Shown: positions 49,132-61,767, counted from the whole stretch's first letter. The stretch: 61,767 nucleotides of DNA, filler included, from Choristocarpus tenellus KU-1152 (GCA_964200185.2; 13 parts of 13 records of this genome joined end to end with filler, not necessarily neighbours in it); one strand, 5' to 3'. Notes: a model not told the origin generated them from the sequence alone. Translations and numbers: made by a program.

Positions 49132-51263
49132 GAAGAGAAGAGAATTAGAGCCTTCCAGATACTGGAAAATGAGAAGAGAAGGGGGAGGGAGAGGGAAGTC
49201 CAGAAAATCGATGATAAGAAGGTCCTTGAGGCAAGCAAGAGATACCTCAAGATGGAGAAGGAGTTACAGGCAAGCTCTCTTTCAGATGCTTGAGATTGCT
49301 CTAGAGGCTACTCTGTATGTATATGTAGCACCAGGTCATGTTCATGTGGGATAAATTCTCATTGTAGGTATTTCAAATGTTGAGGTGACAATATGCTTCC
49401 AAAGGCATCAAAGTTAATGATAAGGCATCGCAAATGTTGAAGAAGATGGATAGTATTTCCCCTCGGGGAGATATTTTTTCCATTTTCACCCGAATCTGTT
49501 GCATACATTTGTTGTTATAGCCATAACCAAGTCAACATGCTTCTCCCACAGCGTTCATCCAACAACAGACCAAAATTGATCCAAAAAATTATTCATGATG
49601 GTGATCATTTCAGCAGGAGAATGTTGCAATAGCTGGACCAGTAAGGTTTTCCTCACATCCCTGAACGAGTTCAAGTTGAACTAGAACAGTAGCATGTCAT
49701 TGAAGGGTAAGAATGTCCCGCCTTCATTGATAGATCTCTACCGTGCACTAGATCTCTCCTCAAAACAAAGGGGAATTGACACTGTTGAAATTATGAAGGG
49801 GCAGCATGTGGCCCTGTAGAGCCTTAGACCAGTCCAACTTGAGGCAAAAATAGTGTTGCAACAACCTCTATCAAAGCAGCAAGATGCCCAAGCAAGACTC
49901 CACTCTTTCGACTTGACAGAATCAATCAAGTACGTCCCTGGACGGAATGTAAACCAGATGGGATTTTCTACTTTTCTGCATACGTTCGCAACCCAGGAGG
50001 TGGTCTAGATGTTCATCAATCTCCAACTTGATTCAACTTACCTAGGGACCATGAAGAGCTAGGTTTTTTGCGCGTGAAGATCGGGTTTTGAGGGATATTT
50101 GGCGACCCAGTTTGACACACAGTGTGCACGTAATAATCGAAAATGCAACAATACCCTACCCATGCAAGAGATAGCACTGCTCCTAAAACAGCCCTGAGGC
50201 TGTGGTTAAGGCATAACTTGAGACTATTTCTTTGTGCGGCTGAGAGATGGAAGGTGCAAATGATCATCGCTAGACTGACTGGTGAATCAAATGCAAAACA
50301 CCTTTTTGCACAAGACTGTTGAGTCAAAGTATCTCAGAGGGTAGAGCTGAGTCCGTTTGGGGGTCAAAATCCAATGTTCTGATTTTGATGTAATTTTGAC
50401 TATCATGTTTGTTAGGAAGTGTCCATATCCTTGTTCCGAACACACTTTTTCAAGCGTATACATTTTATCTACTCCAAAATGTTTCGGAGTAGGTAAAATG
50501 TCATAAAAAAATCCTGTGGGCAGCCAAGCCCTAAACGGACAAACAGGGCAAAACTCGTACCCTAACCCTAAGATACTTTCACTCTGTTTCTGAGTCAAAG
50601 TATCTTAAGGTTAGGGTAGGGCCACGTCTGCTTGAGGTCCAAAATCCAATGTTGGAATTTTGATGTAACTTTGACTACCGTGTTTGTTGTAAAGTGTCAA
50701 AATCCTTGTTCCAAACACACCTTTCATAGTTGTATACATTTTACTGTCAAAACAAAAACCGTGGGAAGCCATGCCCCAAACCGACAAACAGGGCAAAACC
50801 CCTGCCCTCTTAAGTGCTTTGGGTCAGCTATATTCAAGAAACGACAAGCTATGGCACTGGATGCACTTCAGAGTTTGAGCGCAAGCACTCTGATGTCCTC
50901 ATAGCCCAAAACGAACTCAGCCTGAAACCGTAAGCACTAAAAAAAAAAGCTGGAAGCAGCAACGTATTTTTCCAATGATATCAAGAAAAAAATGGTCAAG
51001 GTTAAGGTTAAAGGCTAGGTCGGAATCAAACTTGAAACTCTTTTCTTTTCCTCTGCAATGACGTTTCCTTTGCAATGATCTTCCCTCTCCAACACGTTCT
51101 CTTTGTGTATGTTGAAGGTGAGGAAGCGCAGAGAGTATGCAGAGTCCATTAGAGCAATGTACCGCAAGAATGAGGAGGACAGACTGCTTCGAGAGGAACA
51201 GAAGGTCCTAGACGGCGAAGAGGGCAAACGCCTAATGCACCTCTACAATGAAAAATTGGACAG
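49132..51263 (+). CDS. Coiled-coil protein, probably TPH-domain ciliary family (CFAP45/CFAP53/MNS1-like), two internal exons
   Basis: Exon 49132-49269 (EEKRIRAFQILENEKRR...KMEKELQ, GC donor) and exon 51118-51263 (VRKRREYAESIRAMY...HLYNEKLD); E/K/R-rich helical sequence. Confidence 0.55.
50321..50584 (+). mobile_element. MITE family A, TSD TGTT, right TIR with telomeric tract
   Basis: TGTT|GAGTC...TACCCTAACCCTAAGATACTTTCACTC|TGTT. Confidence 0.93.
50592..50825 (+). mobile_element. MITE family A variant, 7 bp from the previous copy
   Basis: GAGTCAAAGTATCTTAAGGTTAGGGTA...TGCTTTGGGTC. Confidence 0.85.
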
Positions 51264-52838
51264 GTACACCATGTCAAGGGATATCGTCATTGGTGCTCCT
51301 GCCACCATTGCTTTGACTTCACCTTCACCTTCTCGACCACCTTCACAGAATTCGTCATGGTTTGCACCCCAACATGTACCTCTAGTACTCCTTTGAACCA
51401 CTCCTTGAAGAGAGTCCCCCCAATTGGAAAAAATGGATCTATTATTTTGAACCCTTCTCGAGAACCTATAGCAGCTTTATGCCCATGATTGCCTGCCTCA
51501 AGCTGTGACGAAATAGTAGGCACTAGTTCAACGGACAAATGGTTGTGGGGGTAACAGCAAAGGATGGTAGGAGCTGTAATAGCAGGAAAGGGATGAGCAG
51601 AAATAGCAGATCAACAGGAGGGGGAAATTGTTCAAAACATGAGCATTTTTTGACGATGGAGTAGTAGCCTGAGCATGTCACCTGGAGCCAACACCCAAAG
51701 TACCTGGGAGGGGGGGGGGGGCTANNNNNNNNNNNNNNNNNNNNNNNNNNNNNNNNNNNNNNNNNNNNTTAATTAATTAANNNNNNNNNNNNNNNNNNNN
51801 NNNNNNNNNNNNNNNNNNNNNNNNCCGCCCCCCACACACTGTACTACTACCACATCCGGCACGGATTCCCGTTCAAAAAGGGGCCCTTAAAAAATGCCGC
51901 AACATTTACAAAAAAAAAATATCAGCACTTTTTCCAGGTCAATTTTGGGTGAAACCCATCCTCCATAGTACGCTCAATCCTCAATTTTGGTGAGACGCTG
52001 TTTCATGCAGATCAGGTCCACTAGTCTTTGTACTCGACTCCCTGGTACAAGAATTGGAAATATATGGTGAATATTTTCCGTCACACATGAAGCAAAGCTG
52101 GCAGTTTGTTACGGAGGTCTTCCATGGTATACAGCATCCAAAGTCGGAATCTTTAGTTGCATCAAAACCGACATGTCCTTTGTTGGCAGTAGTGGTGTAA
52201 GAATAACTGTACCTCAAATCATACATAGATTTCCAACGAATGGCATTATCTTCTCTTAAATCGTCGGAACAGCTTGGAATGAGGCATTATTGGAGCGTGC
52301 TAGGATATATGTAGAACAAGAGCTTCAATCGTACGATACTGAGAGGAATTATGGGTTGCAGTTTTATTCTTGTCCAGCCACAACCCTACTTTTTTTGACC
52401 TACTGTTTCTTGTGGACCTCTCCTGCTGACACAGTATTGGTGTCTCAAAAAAGAGAGAGCATTGCTTTTGATAAGGAACGCAATTGCTTTGCTTCAAATT
52501 GGAGTCAGTGAAGACTTGTAACTCCCACTCTAGAGATTGCTTGCTGCCTCTTCTATAAGGTCCAACTCACGTAGGAGGGTTTTGCACTGGCTCTTATCTC
52601 GAGGAAATCTACTGGATGAAGCAAGGAGGAGCGTGCAAACTACTGTCTCTATCCGAGGGAGGGCTTACACACCGCTTCACAACCCATCTCAAGAGGCAGC
52701 AGCTGCATACACACACAGAAAAGAAGGCCACTTGTCTCATCATCATTATCTGCAAGGGCGATAATTTCACCACTCCCAATATTGCCAGTAGTGCTCTTCA
52801 TTCTCAACCCCAAACTATCCCCCCTCCGGGATCTACTC

Positions 52839-55315
52839 TTATCCACTGAGCTGTGAAACAGATTCACGCAAGTCCTTCAGTTGTTGACGGTATGTGTCAG
52901 CATCTGCTCTAAGAGCAAGATTGGACATCCGTAGCTTCTTGACTTCTGCCACAAGCAGCTTCTTCTGCTGCTTGAAAGCTGCCTCTTCAGCCTCTGCCCG
53001 CTGTTTCTCGAACTGGAGCATATCTTCCAGGACCTTTGTCTGCCAGGCAAGGGATTTCCAATTATTAAAAAAAGTCAGTAGTCCGAAGTAGAGGAAATCA
53101 CAGGCACAACCAGCCGTATGTGATGAAGAAAACTACCTCTGAGGCGTCGAACTGTCTTAGAGAACTGAAAAGGAAATAAACTACAGAAACCCTAAATAGA
53201 GTGCCCAACCCTAACCCCTAACAACATTGCCGTAAAAACCCAAGAGGTAGAAGAACAAATATACAACCAAAGTAGTCTTGTACCTCTGACTCCTACATAC
53301 ATAAAACATGCCTTTTTAAACAACCTTGATCTTAAATGACGCAACACATGTGCCTACAGAAGGATGTAGTGCTCCATTTGCTGCTGTGTTTGAATGACTG
53401 TACAATAACCGAAGCCTAACCCTAACCCTATTCGTATGTCTTGAATACTACCCCAACAATATCATAGATACATGGAGTAAGTGGGATACAAAACCCTTCC
53501 CGGAGTCTGCAGGTGCTTTTTGAAACAAAAATATCTTGTGAAATTCGGATCAATCAATCAACTAATATTTTCAATAGTCTCACTTTAAATCAAGTGTTTG
53601 ATTGCAATTGAGGCTGATCATAGTGATGGCAATCATGAAGTATGGTCCATTGGTTGTGGTTAATGGAAATAGAAGTAGTTACCTATAATCAACTTAGGGT
53701 TAGTCACAGGCAGGCGGCGTTCAGCAAGGGGGTGGTAAATGAGCAAATTTTGCAGGAGGAGAATGGCAAACAATGATACTGTCGAGGCTAATCACTCACA
53801 AGCCTGTAAAGAAATGAGGATATCAAAAGATGAGCCCACATCACTCTGAGTGAGATAAGGGCATCCTTTTCATTAAAATGTTCTGTGCATTACCAACTAC
53901 TAACAACTTGAGCCCCCAATAACATATCCTACGAGTCCTGTGTATATCAACATCTTCAACGAGATGGGTTTCAGGTCAAATAATAGGCAAAACAACTGTC
54001 AAAATATAAAAAACAACAGGTCGCCCCCAACATAACAGAAATGCTCCCCTCATTCATATTATGCACCCTACGCACTTGTGTTACGAGTTGGGGATGATAC
54101 AATAGCTTCATTGACAGGTTAGGACGTTAGTTCAATTTCAAAATAAATAAATATGTACGTATGGTGGGATGAATCAACGCATGTAGCCTACACTGGGGAG
54201 TTGAAGAAATGACTCCAAATTGGCCCCTAAGTGACTTGTATCCAGGGTTCCATCTGAAAGTAGGACCTCAAATCAACATTATACCCTCCCTCTCTCTGCC
54301 TTGCTCCCATGCTTCCAAGCACACACTCACGCACAATACTTGTCTATCTCGAAAATTGGAGGAGATAGTCCACTGGTCCAACTCAGTAGTTGCACCAGCC
54401 ACAGTGCTACTACATACCAAATCACACAACAACAACAACAAATAGCAATAACCCTAACCCTAACAAACACAACAACGAGGCAAGCCCAGGAATCAGCAGC
54501 ATCATCCCCCCTCACACTGCCTCACACGCCACCAAAATAACAAAACTATCCTGATCGAAAACACACAACACTGGCAAGCTTAACATTACACACGGCAATT
54601 GTCCCGACCTGCTTCTGCATGGCAAGCTTTTGATTCTCAAGCTCTGTTTGGTAAGTAACAGCCTTGTCCATGGTCTCCTTGGCCACCTTCTCCATTTCCT
54701 GTAGGCGGCGGGGCGGGGCAAAACAGAGAAGCGAAAGTCTTAGCGATCTAGAACATTCTAAAAAATTATGGTGTCGGCGGAGACCGGCGAGGCCTTCTCA
54801 AGCATCAAACTACCCGTTGGAGAGTCGTAACACCTACACCTCAAAATAGATAATAATATTAAAGTAATACAACTCCACATCTCACTCTCCTTGCCAACAA
54901 AGATAAACCAATATATAGCGCTCTCAAGTATTGCACACCGATCCAGCTGCCGGAGCAAAATCTTATCACCTATATCTCCACCCCATGAGACACACTATCT
55001 CTGTAGGGTGTAAAAAATGCACGTTGTCTTACAATAACTCACTATCCTGGATGCAGGGGATGCTTTCCACATAGTCAGTGCAAAGAATAGAAGGGAAACA
55101 GGAGGGAGGATGGAGAACAGGAGGACTCTTACGTTGCATGGAAAGTGTTGGCTCCATAGTACATCCAAAGCACTCTGACCTGCGTTCTGGAGTCCAGGAA
55201 GGATATGACCTCTTGATCAGAAGCAGACTGCCGGAGGGTAAGTCCCTTCTCATCCAAGCTACGCTTCAGTGCCAGCTCTGTGTCCTTGAGCTTTGATACC
55301 AAGAACTCCTTTACA
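52839..55315 (-). CDS. Coiled-coil protein C-terminus resembling the plant PX-domain EREX/EREL family
   Basis: Exons 55315-55180, 54698-54609 and 53033-52839 (stop). VKEFLVSKLKDTE and KKLLVAEVKKLR resemble EREL VKDYLTTKVKDLE and KLLVKEVKSLR as I recall them. Gene structure is good; the family is tentative. Confidence 0.6.
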
Positions 55316-55456
55316 CTTTCAGTGCCCTTTGCCGAACATAACACGGGAAGGAGGGGNNNNNNNNNNNNNNNNNNNNNNNNNNNNNNNNNNNNNNNNNNNN
55401 TTAATTAATTAANNNNNNNNNNNNNNNNNNNNNNNNNNNNNNNNNNNNNNNNNNNN

Positions 55457-55563
55457 AACCATTTTGGAGTATGAAAATGTCATAAAATAAACCCGTGGGA
55501 ACCCAAGCCCTAAACGGACAAGCAGGACAAAACTCGTACCCTAACCCTAAGATACTTTCACTC
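55457..55563 (+). mobile_element. MITE family A right end with telomeric tract
   Basis: ...CTCGTACCCTAACCCTAAGATACTTTCACTC. Confidence 0.88.
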
Positions 55564-55858
55564 ACTACGTAGTGCACACAACAAAACAACATAGTACTAT
55601 AATGTAACAAACTGAGTACGAAAGTACTGGCCACGAAAACGGAGTGGTTGGAATGTTCTCTTGTTGTAGAACATATGTATACGTAATTTGGCAAATCCAA
55701 TAGGTGTAGAAGGGCTACTTACTCTGTAGTATCAGGCTAGAACAGAGAGATGTTCGTGCTTGGCAAGACAAAAAGGAACACAGGTGTTGAAAATAGGTAG
55801 ACAGCACTGCTTAAACCTACAGCATTTACATAATATAGCAAGTTTTTTTCATTTTGTG

Positions 55859-56118
55859 GAGCCAAAGTATCTTACAAGGTAGAGTCACGTCCATTTGGGT
55901 GCCAAAATCCAATGTTGCGATTTTGATGTAATTTTGGCTATCGTGATTGTTAGAAAGTGTTAATACCCTTGTTCTAGACACACCTTTTTCGTAACCTGTA
56001 CATTTTACCTACTCCAAAACATTTTGGAGTAGGTAAAATGTAATAAAAAACCCGTGGGAAGCCAAGCCCCAAATGGACAAACAGGGCAAAAATCATACCC
56101 TCTAAGATACTTTCACTC
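55859..56118 (+). mobile_element. MITE family A, TSD TGTG
   Basis: TGTG|GAGCCAAAGTATCTT...TAAGATACTTTCACTC|TGTG. Confidence 0.93.
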
Positions 56119-56639
56119 TGTGGTCATCCATTCTGTTATCCCCATGAGTTGGTGCTGGAGAAGGTGAGGTACTGAACATAGAACAACACAGGGAGTATTC
56201 ACTTTTGTAGTGTGCTTGCTGCCGGTAGCAGACAAGAGGGCTAGAGAGGCAGCCGAGACAAGAATTTAACTCTATAGAAAATATCTAGTGCAAGCATTTA
56301 CTCTGTACATGACAAGCATCCTACACAATCTCCATGATGAATTGTGGCAGACTCGTGACAGGATGAAACTGGAATAGGTTATGTAGCACTAACCAAGCAT
56401 TTACACATCGTATATGGGAATGTCCCCAGAGTAAACAGCAGTTCCCCTATCTCTTCTACTCCACTACCGATAGTACTGCAGTCTTCCTTGACTGGGGGAG
56501 GTGGGTAGAATAACTGATGAACTGCGGACTCCAGAATCACTTCAACCCAACAGCACATTATATTTCAGCTGGGCCGAAGACAGCACAAAGTGGGAGAAAA
56601 TCACAAGGCAATTATTCCATACAGTAACTTCCAGTAGAG

Positions 56640-57650
56640 CTCCAAAATCGCTACACCTCACCTGTTGGGGCCTTCGGATGGTAATTCCGCATCCCAAGCT
56701 CCTACTCCTCGCCGAAAAACGCAGTTCCTACTGAACACGATCGTTACAGGCGGGATGGACAACGCGTCCGTGTGTCATACGGGGGATGGTGCAGGGCGGG
56801 GGGCAGGATACATGAGACCAAAGTTGGGAAGAACTCACATAATCCAACTCTTTGCACAATCGTTAGTGGATAAGAGGAAAACGGGATGTTGATTGGGAGT
56901 GTCTTAAGGACTACCGATCCAAGATTAGATGGAGCCTATTACCTCTTCCCCCAAATTGTAATCCTGCCCTGTGCGTTCCTCTGGTTGCACCCGCTCTTTA
57001 TTCTCAGTAGTGACTGTCGTTCCGAGGTTTGAGTTGTGAAGATCACGAAGCAGAAGTTGGTGATGGAGACAAGTGGCTTACGCGCTTGGGGCAGATCCAC
57101 CACAAAAAAGTAGTTCGCCCAAAAAATTGGAATACGTACACTACAATGGAAAAGGAAACTCCATCCGTGAACCAGAAAACTTGCACAGGTAGGTATTCGG
57201 GGGCTTACATACCAATGACAAGATAGTCGGATTGCCGTACCCAAGCAATCAAAGTTGAATTAGACAAAAGATCAACATCACATCCATTGATTTTGAACTT
57301 AGTCTCCATGATCTCGAGTCTCAGGCTGCCATCGTCTCATAGTGGCAAGGACGGGAGAAACTAATTGACTACGTGTAGATATGATCAGAACCTGGTCACA
57401 AGGTAAGGGGTTGTGGAGGAACCCATACTTCGGCACAACAACTTTGCAGAACTAATCCAGGATCCACTCGGGATGAAACCTGTATAAGAGTAAGAATCGC
57501 TACGCTTACCTTGACTTGAAGGGATTCGACCGTTGAGGGTGACCATGTTCCACCCTCACCCTATTTTCCAAGCAGTAAATGATGAAGTGAGACCGTTATT
57601 TTTCAAGTTCTTACTCGCGCGATCAAACTTTCCACCTCGCGCCATTCTAT
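56640..57650 (+). pseudogene. Possible highly decayed LTR-retrotransposon integrase
   Basis: Only fragmentary integrase-like peptides across frames; no intact motif. Confidence 0.25.
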
Positions 57651-59349
57651 AGATTCTTGTTCAATTTCCTCCATTTTCGAACAATAATATTTCTGTAGTT
57701 GAATGTGAAGCAACCAATGTCTATACGTGGTCTTACCACAGGGTCAAAGGTGAGGCTTAGGATATCATCTACTTCCGTACTATTTCTGTCTAAACTTCTC
57801 TCACATTTAACTTCTGGTGGGAACATCAATTTGCTGCCTTACCTCTTCACCGGACTGTATAGAGGCAGATGTTGGAGCTTGTTGTCCTTATTGACCCCAA
57901 ATGGTAGTTACGCATGCCTCGGGCACTCGCTGAGATACTCGATCGGCCTTGCCTCCTGTCCTGACTTACTCCAAAGTGCGCTTGAAACTTAGTCACACTA
58001 AACGGGGGCCTCCCGAACGATGATGGTTCTATCCTCTACATAATGGTGAGTTGACATTGTTTTGATTCTAGTTCATACCCTGCACTACTGACCTGCATGG
58101 TGCTATAATATGCATGCCGCTCAGCCTCCTCGAACACCCTACCCTTTACCCTTCCAGGCACTTCGCCTCCCAATGATTCTGTCTACCCCGCTATTTTTTG
58201 GAAGTGATAGCTTCTCCTTCCGTCCTTCCTCCATACACGTTTTGATAGAAAATGACTTGCATTCTTCCGTGCGAAGATATGTGGCGATAAACCACCATGG
58301 ATGCGAGGGAGTCCGTCTCAGCCCAGAGTCATTCTACAATGCGGTTTTTTCACACTTCACAGGGAATGTGCAAGTAGTGGTCAGTCAGATCTCGCGTAGG
58401 TGAACAAATACACACATTGGGATACAATATGAATATATCCAAGGTAAGGTCAACAAGAATGTATTGAGGCGTACTGACTGCAAAACGCACGACTCATTAG
58501 AAGAAAAAGGTATGTGTTAGATACCATGGCGTTGCACGAGGCAGCGGTGGTAAGCAGCTAAAATAGTTGTCTGATGTGCCCAGGAGGGATAAAAGACTAA
58601 CATGGACGTGGATGAAGCTGGCGTGGCGGCTACTCGTGAACGGTGAACCTTCTCTGTGTGAGACGTTTGGACTCTGTCCTCAAACCGTAGATTCATACTC
58701 AAGATATGTGTTCGCACCTAACTTTTAGACACCATGTTCATGGAGGTCATGTCACAGATAGTACTACACTCTAGTTGTACTTGCACTAGAGGCAGCAACA
58801 TTTTGCTAGTTCTTTCTCGATAGGTTTACTGACTTCCAATAGGGGACAGAAACACACAACGAAAATATACAACAATCTTTATGTCAATGATATCTACCCC
58901 CTACGTGCCTACCTTCCCTTTACTTAAAGGTTTAAAATTTAGTCTCTCTTTGTGGTGGGCTACTTGCTGGTAACTAACCCACTGCAAAGAATATGAGTGT
59001 GCAGCATTGCTACCCTCTTTGATGTGGTACCTGTATTCCAACCCCTGAAATTTGAGAATATCTCATTAGTGATGACTTACAAGGGCACAGGGGAGAGGCC
59101 ACTTGGGAGGATCTACAGTGAAGCTTTAGCCACAGCGATCAAGGTGAGGGGGTTAGTGATATCCAACCTCAAGGCGCAGTCTTTCTTCCTCTTGTATTGC
59201 ACTACTCTGGGCTGTGTTTAATAAATATGCAAGAGTATCTTGATCTACAGCAATAGTTGTGATAATATGATGAAAGTGCTCTGTTGGTTACATGCTAGGG
59301 GAAGAGGGAATTCCTAGTGTGAGAGATGGGAGGTTGGAGTGATAGGAAG

Positions 59350-60600
59350 TTTGAGCTCTGTTGTAGAGAATATCCTTTGATTCACCAATTGTCTTGGTTC
59401 GCATTTTAAGTGCCGTCTTGCTGTCTGCATTGTTATGTGCAATGTCTCACGGAGCGCAGGGTAGTGGGTGATGTCCAAGTAGACAGCTCTGCAGTAGTAT
59501 GCGTGCTGGGCTCCTTTGCAGCTCACCTTGCATGACATGCATTCCGTTAGTTGGGTATATTTTATTGATTGCAAATGGTGGCTATTTGAATAGGTTTGTG
59601 CTATGCAGTGGGTGTACTGTGGTGGCTGGAGCTGAATATTTCTTGCCCACCCCGAGCTTCATACTTGAGCTGGATTGCTTGGTGATACTTACCAAAAATG
59701 TAACGACCTAGTACAATCTTGAATACCCCAGTGTTTCATTGAAGTTGTGTGGGAGTCAAATCTATGGGGAGGGTGCAACGGTCAAACAACCTTTTTTGGA
59801 TCCATCCAAGCAACGTGTAACTGCTACTTACACAGAATGCTTCAAAATGTTGCTGCTCGAGTCACCATTTAGTATCTTACGGATACAGGGAAGTTGCAGC
59901 GATCAAAAACAAGAGTAGGAACAGCGCCCTATTGTGGAGGATATTCAAAACCAGATAATAAGTCATTTGCATTTCTAGTGGAGTGTGCGAAAATAGGTGC
60001 TCTGATATGCGTCTACTGCTACAACTCATGTGGAGGGATTTGCCACAGTTTGTTATGTATGATGTTGGTATTGGATGTGTGTTTTGGTTTGCCGCGCTGG
60101 CAATTGTGTTCTAAAACATGTGTAACAGCTGATGACGGATCAGGATATGTGAGAATTTGGAAGGCGAAAGTTGAATGGGGACCTTTCATTATAAAACCCC
60201 AGTTTGCTTGTGTACACATTCCTAGAGAAACAGGTTCTTATATTAGCCTGCCAACCTGATATCAGACTCAAGAGCATTCAAGAGTTTACAATAATGCTAA
60301 GAGGTACGTTAGTGGAAGAGGAGCAACAAATGCCCAACAGTTCATTCATTGCAACACTCTGTTTTCAGCAGTGGAGTTTTTTTTTGTGAGAAACATTGTC
60401 CCACTTAGACTTGTCATTCAAGAGTATGCTAATGACGTGCAGCAACAATTGGGCAGCATCAATCAGCTGTTTGAAGGTTCCTCTGGACCATGTTATCTTC
60501 TGAGTTTTGAATTTGGTTTGCATTAAGATAGCCTGTGTGTTCCTCAATCGAGAAGAAACAACTTGATATTTGTACTCTGATTGTCCAAAATACATCTGCC
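59350..60600 (-). pseudogene. Possible decayed hAT-like transposase C-terminus
   Basis: Fragments LNALESD, ELQ...ARIL and RE...MQTARRHL are reminiscent of the hAT dimerisation region; many frameshifts. Confidence 0.3.
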
Positions 60601-61019
60601 TCTTTCAATTCTATGGGAAAGCTGTCCCCAAATGTCTTTTTATGATGTGAAGCAATTTAATTGAAATGACTATTTGGGAATGCAGTTTGCTATTTTTTTT
60701 CCAACTCAAATAGTGTTGGGATTGAGGTTGGACCTTGGATTGGGATTCGTCCTAGAGTTTGAGGGAAAACGTGGTGAGAAAGGTTGAATATTTGAAAATT
60801 GAAACCAATTGATGGAATTGAATAGTGTTCGGGTAAGGATAATATCAACTCCCTCTCCTCATTGCTGAAAAGTAATGGAATGGAGTTGAGGTTAGAACCA
60901 GGGAATGAAAGTGCAACTCTCCTCCTTACCATTTCACAATCAATTGAAAAAATGGACAAAGCACCTCCACCCCACTGACCATCAGCTCTTCTAATCCTTA
61001 CTGTCCTAATTGGTGGTTA

Positions 61020-61767
61020 TTTGTTGGGGAGTGCCACCATCAATCATGAGCGTCGTATACCCTCCCCATCCACCGTAGCTGACACATGCACCTTGGTGCC
61101 CTTGGGATTGTATTTGCTTGGAGTGCTGATCGACCTTGGTGTCCACAACTACCCAAATCCTGACTTTCCCATTAAATCACACCCTGTTGGAGAGTTTCCT
61201 ATGGTGGACCACAGCTGCAGGGAACATCACCTTTGCAATGAAACACTTATTCTGTGCCCGTGGGGGGTTGGGGTCCTCATTGGGGTGCAGGTACACATCT
61301 TGCTTATCATTGAAGATAAAATACCACTTCTCTTCCACTAATACCCCGCTTACCTCCCTCTTGTGTGTGTGACCGATGATGAAACCAACCGCGTCGACTT
61401 CCTCCTGGTCTGAGAGGACTGGCTTAATCCACTGCTTGGCCTTCACCCTCTCGCGCACACATCCCACAATGAGGCAAGGGAAGCCCAAGCTTTGGCCGCC
61501 CATTTGTGGAAGGATACGCAGTCTACTGATGGGACATCCCAAATGTCGAGAATACTTGTGCAGCAGTCACATAGCTCCTTGTGATATTGTAAAAGGTTCA
61601 TGCATTCACCCCGTGTAATCTGGCTATCACACTCCTTCAGATGGCGGAACCTGGTGATTCGGAAAATTCCGAAGTTGTCCGCGATATCTCTCACAGTCCT
61701 CTGAGGCATCTGAGTCTCGCGCCCTCTTGCCTCTAGTCACCGCACCGCCATGCTGTTCCTTTGTCGG
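61020..61767 (-). pseudogene. DD39D (plant-type) mariner transposase, degenerate
   Basis: RTVRDIA...RHLKE (HTH region), IKPVLSD, VEEKWY, QNKCFIAKVMFPAAV...FNGKVRIW match DD39D motifs DEKWF, KVMFLAAVARPR and FDGKIGIW. Confidence 0.88.

Noticed and set aside
9120-55356. Functional cluster of IFT122, TPH protein, USP48, CLC and others
   Set aside because: Each gene is on a separate concatenated contig, so no synteny can be inferred.

Overview
Eukaryotic nuclear DNA from a fragmented assembly, not a contiguous locus. Thirteen unrelated small contigs are joined by 12 artificial 100-nt linkers (N44-TTAATTAATTAA-N44). Intron-rich genes with short exons, flagellar genes, TTAGGG repeats and the TE families point to a flagellated stramenopile, probably a brown alga (inference). 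Host gene fragments were rebuilt from GT/GC-AG exons: a FIRRM/FLIP (C1orf112)-like gene, USP48/UBP26 C-terminus, IFT122, a CLC-6/7-like channel C-terminus, a TPH-domain coiled-coil ciliary protein and an EREX/EREL-like coiled-coil protein. The rest is mostly TE debris: two Ty1/copia, two or three Ty3/gypsy, CRE-like RLE LINE fragments, Tc1/IS630 and DD39D mariner transposases, an intron-containing Sola1/DUF7869-like transposase, and about 21 copies or ends of MITEs sharing a GRGTCAAAGTATCT-like TIR core (4-bp TSDs in five family-A copies). Most notable observations: (1) recurrent conversion of near-telomeric seeds into (TTAGGG)2-3 micro-tracts at homologous MITE positions and at a retrotransposon truncation point; (2) a gypsy integrase tail with GPY/F, chromo-like and Tudor-like modules; (3) a spliced Sola-type transposase. 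All family assignments come from motif recognition, not database searches.
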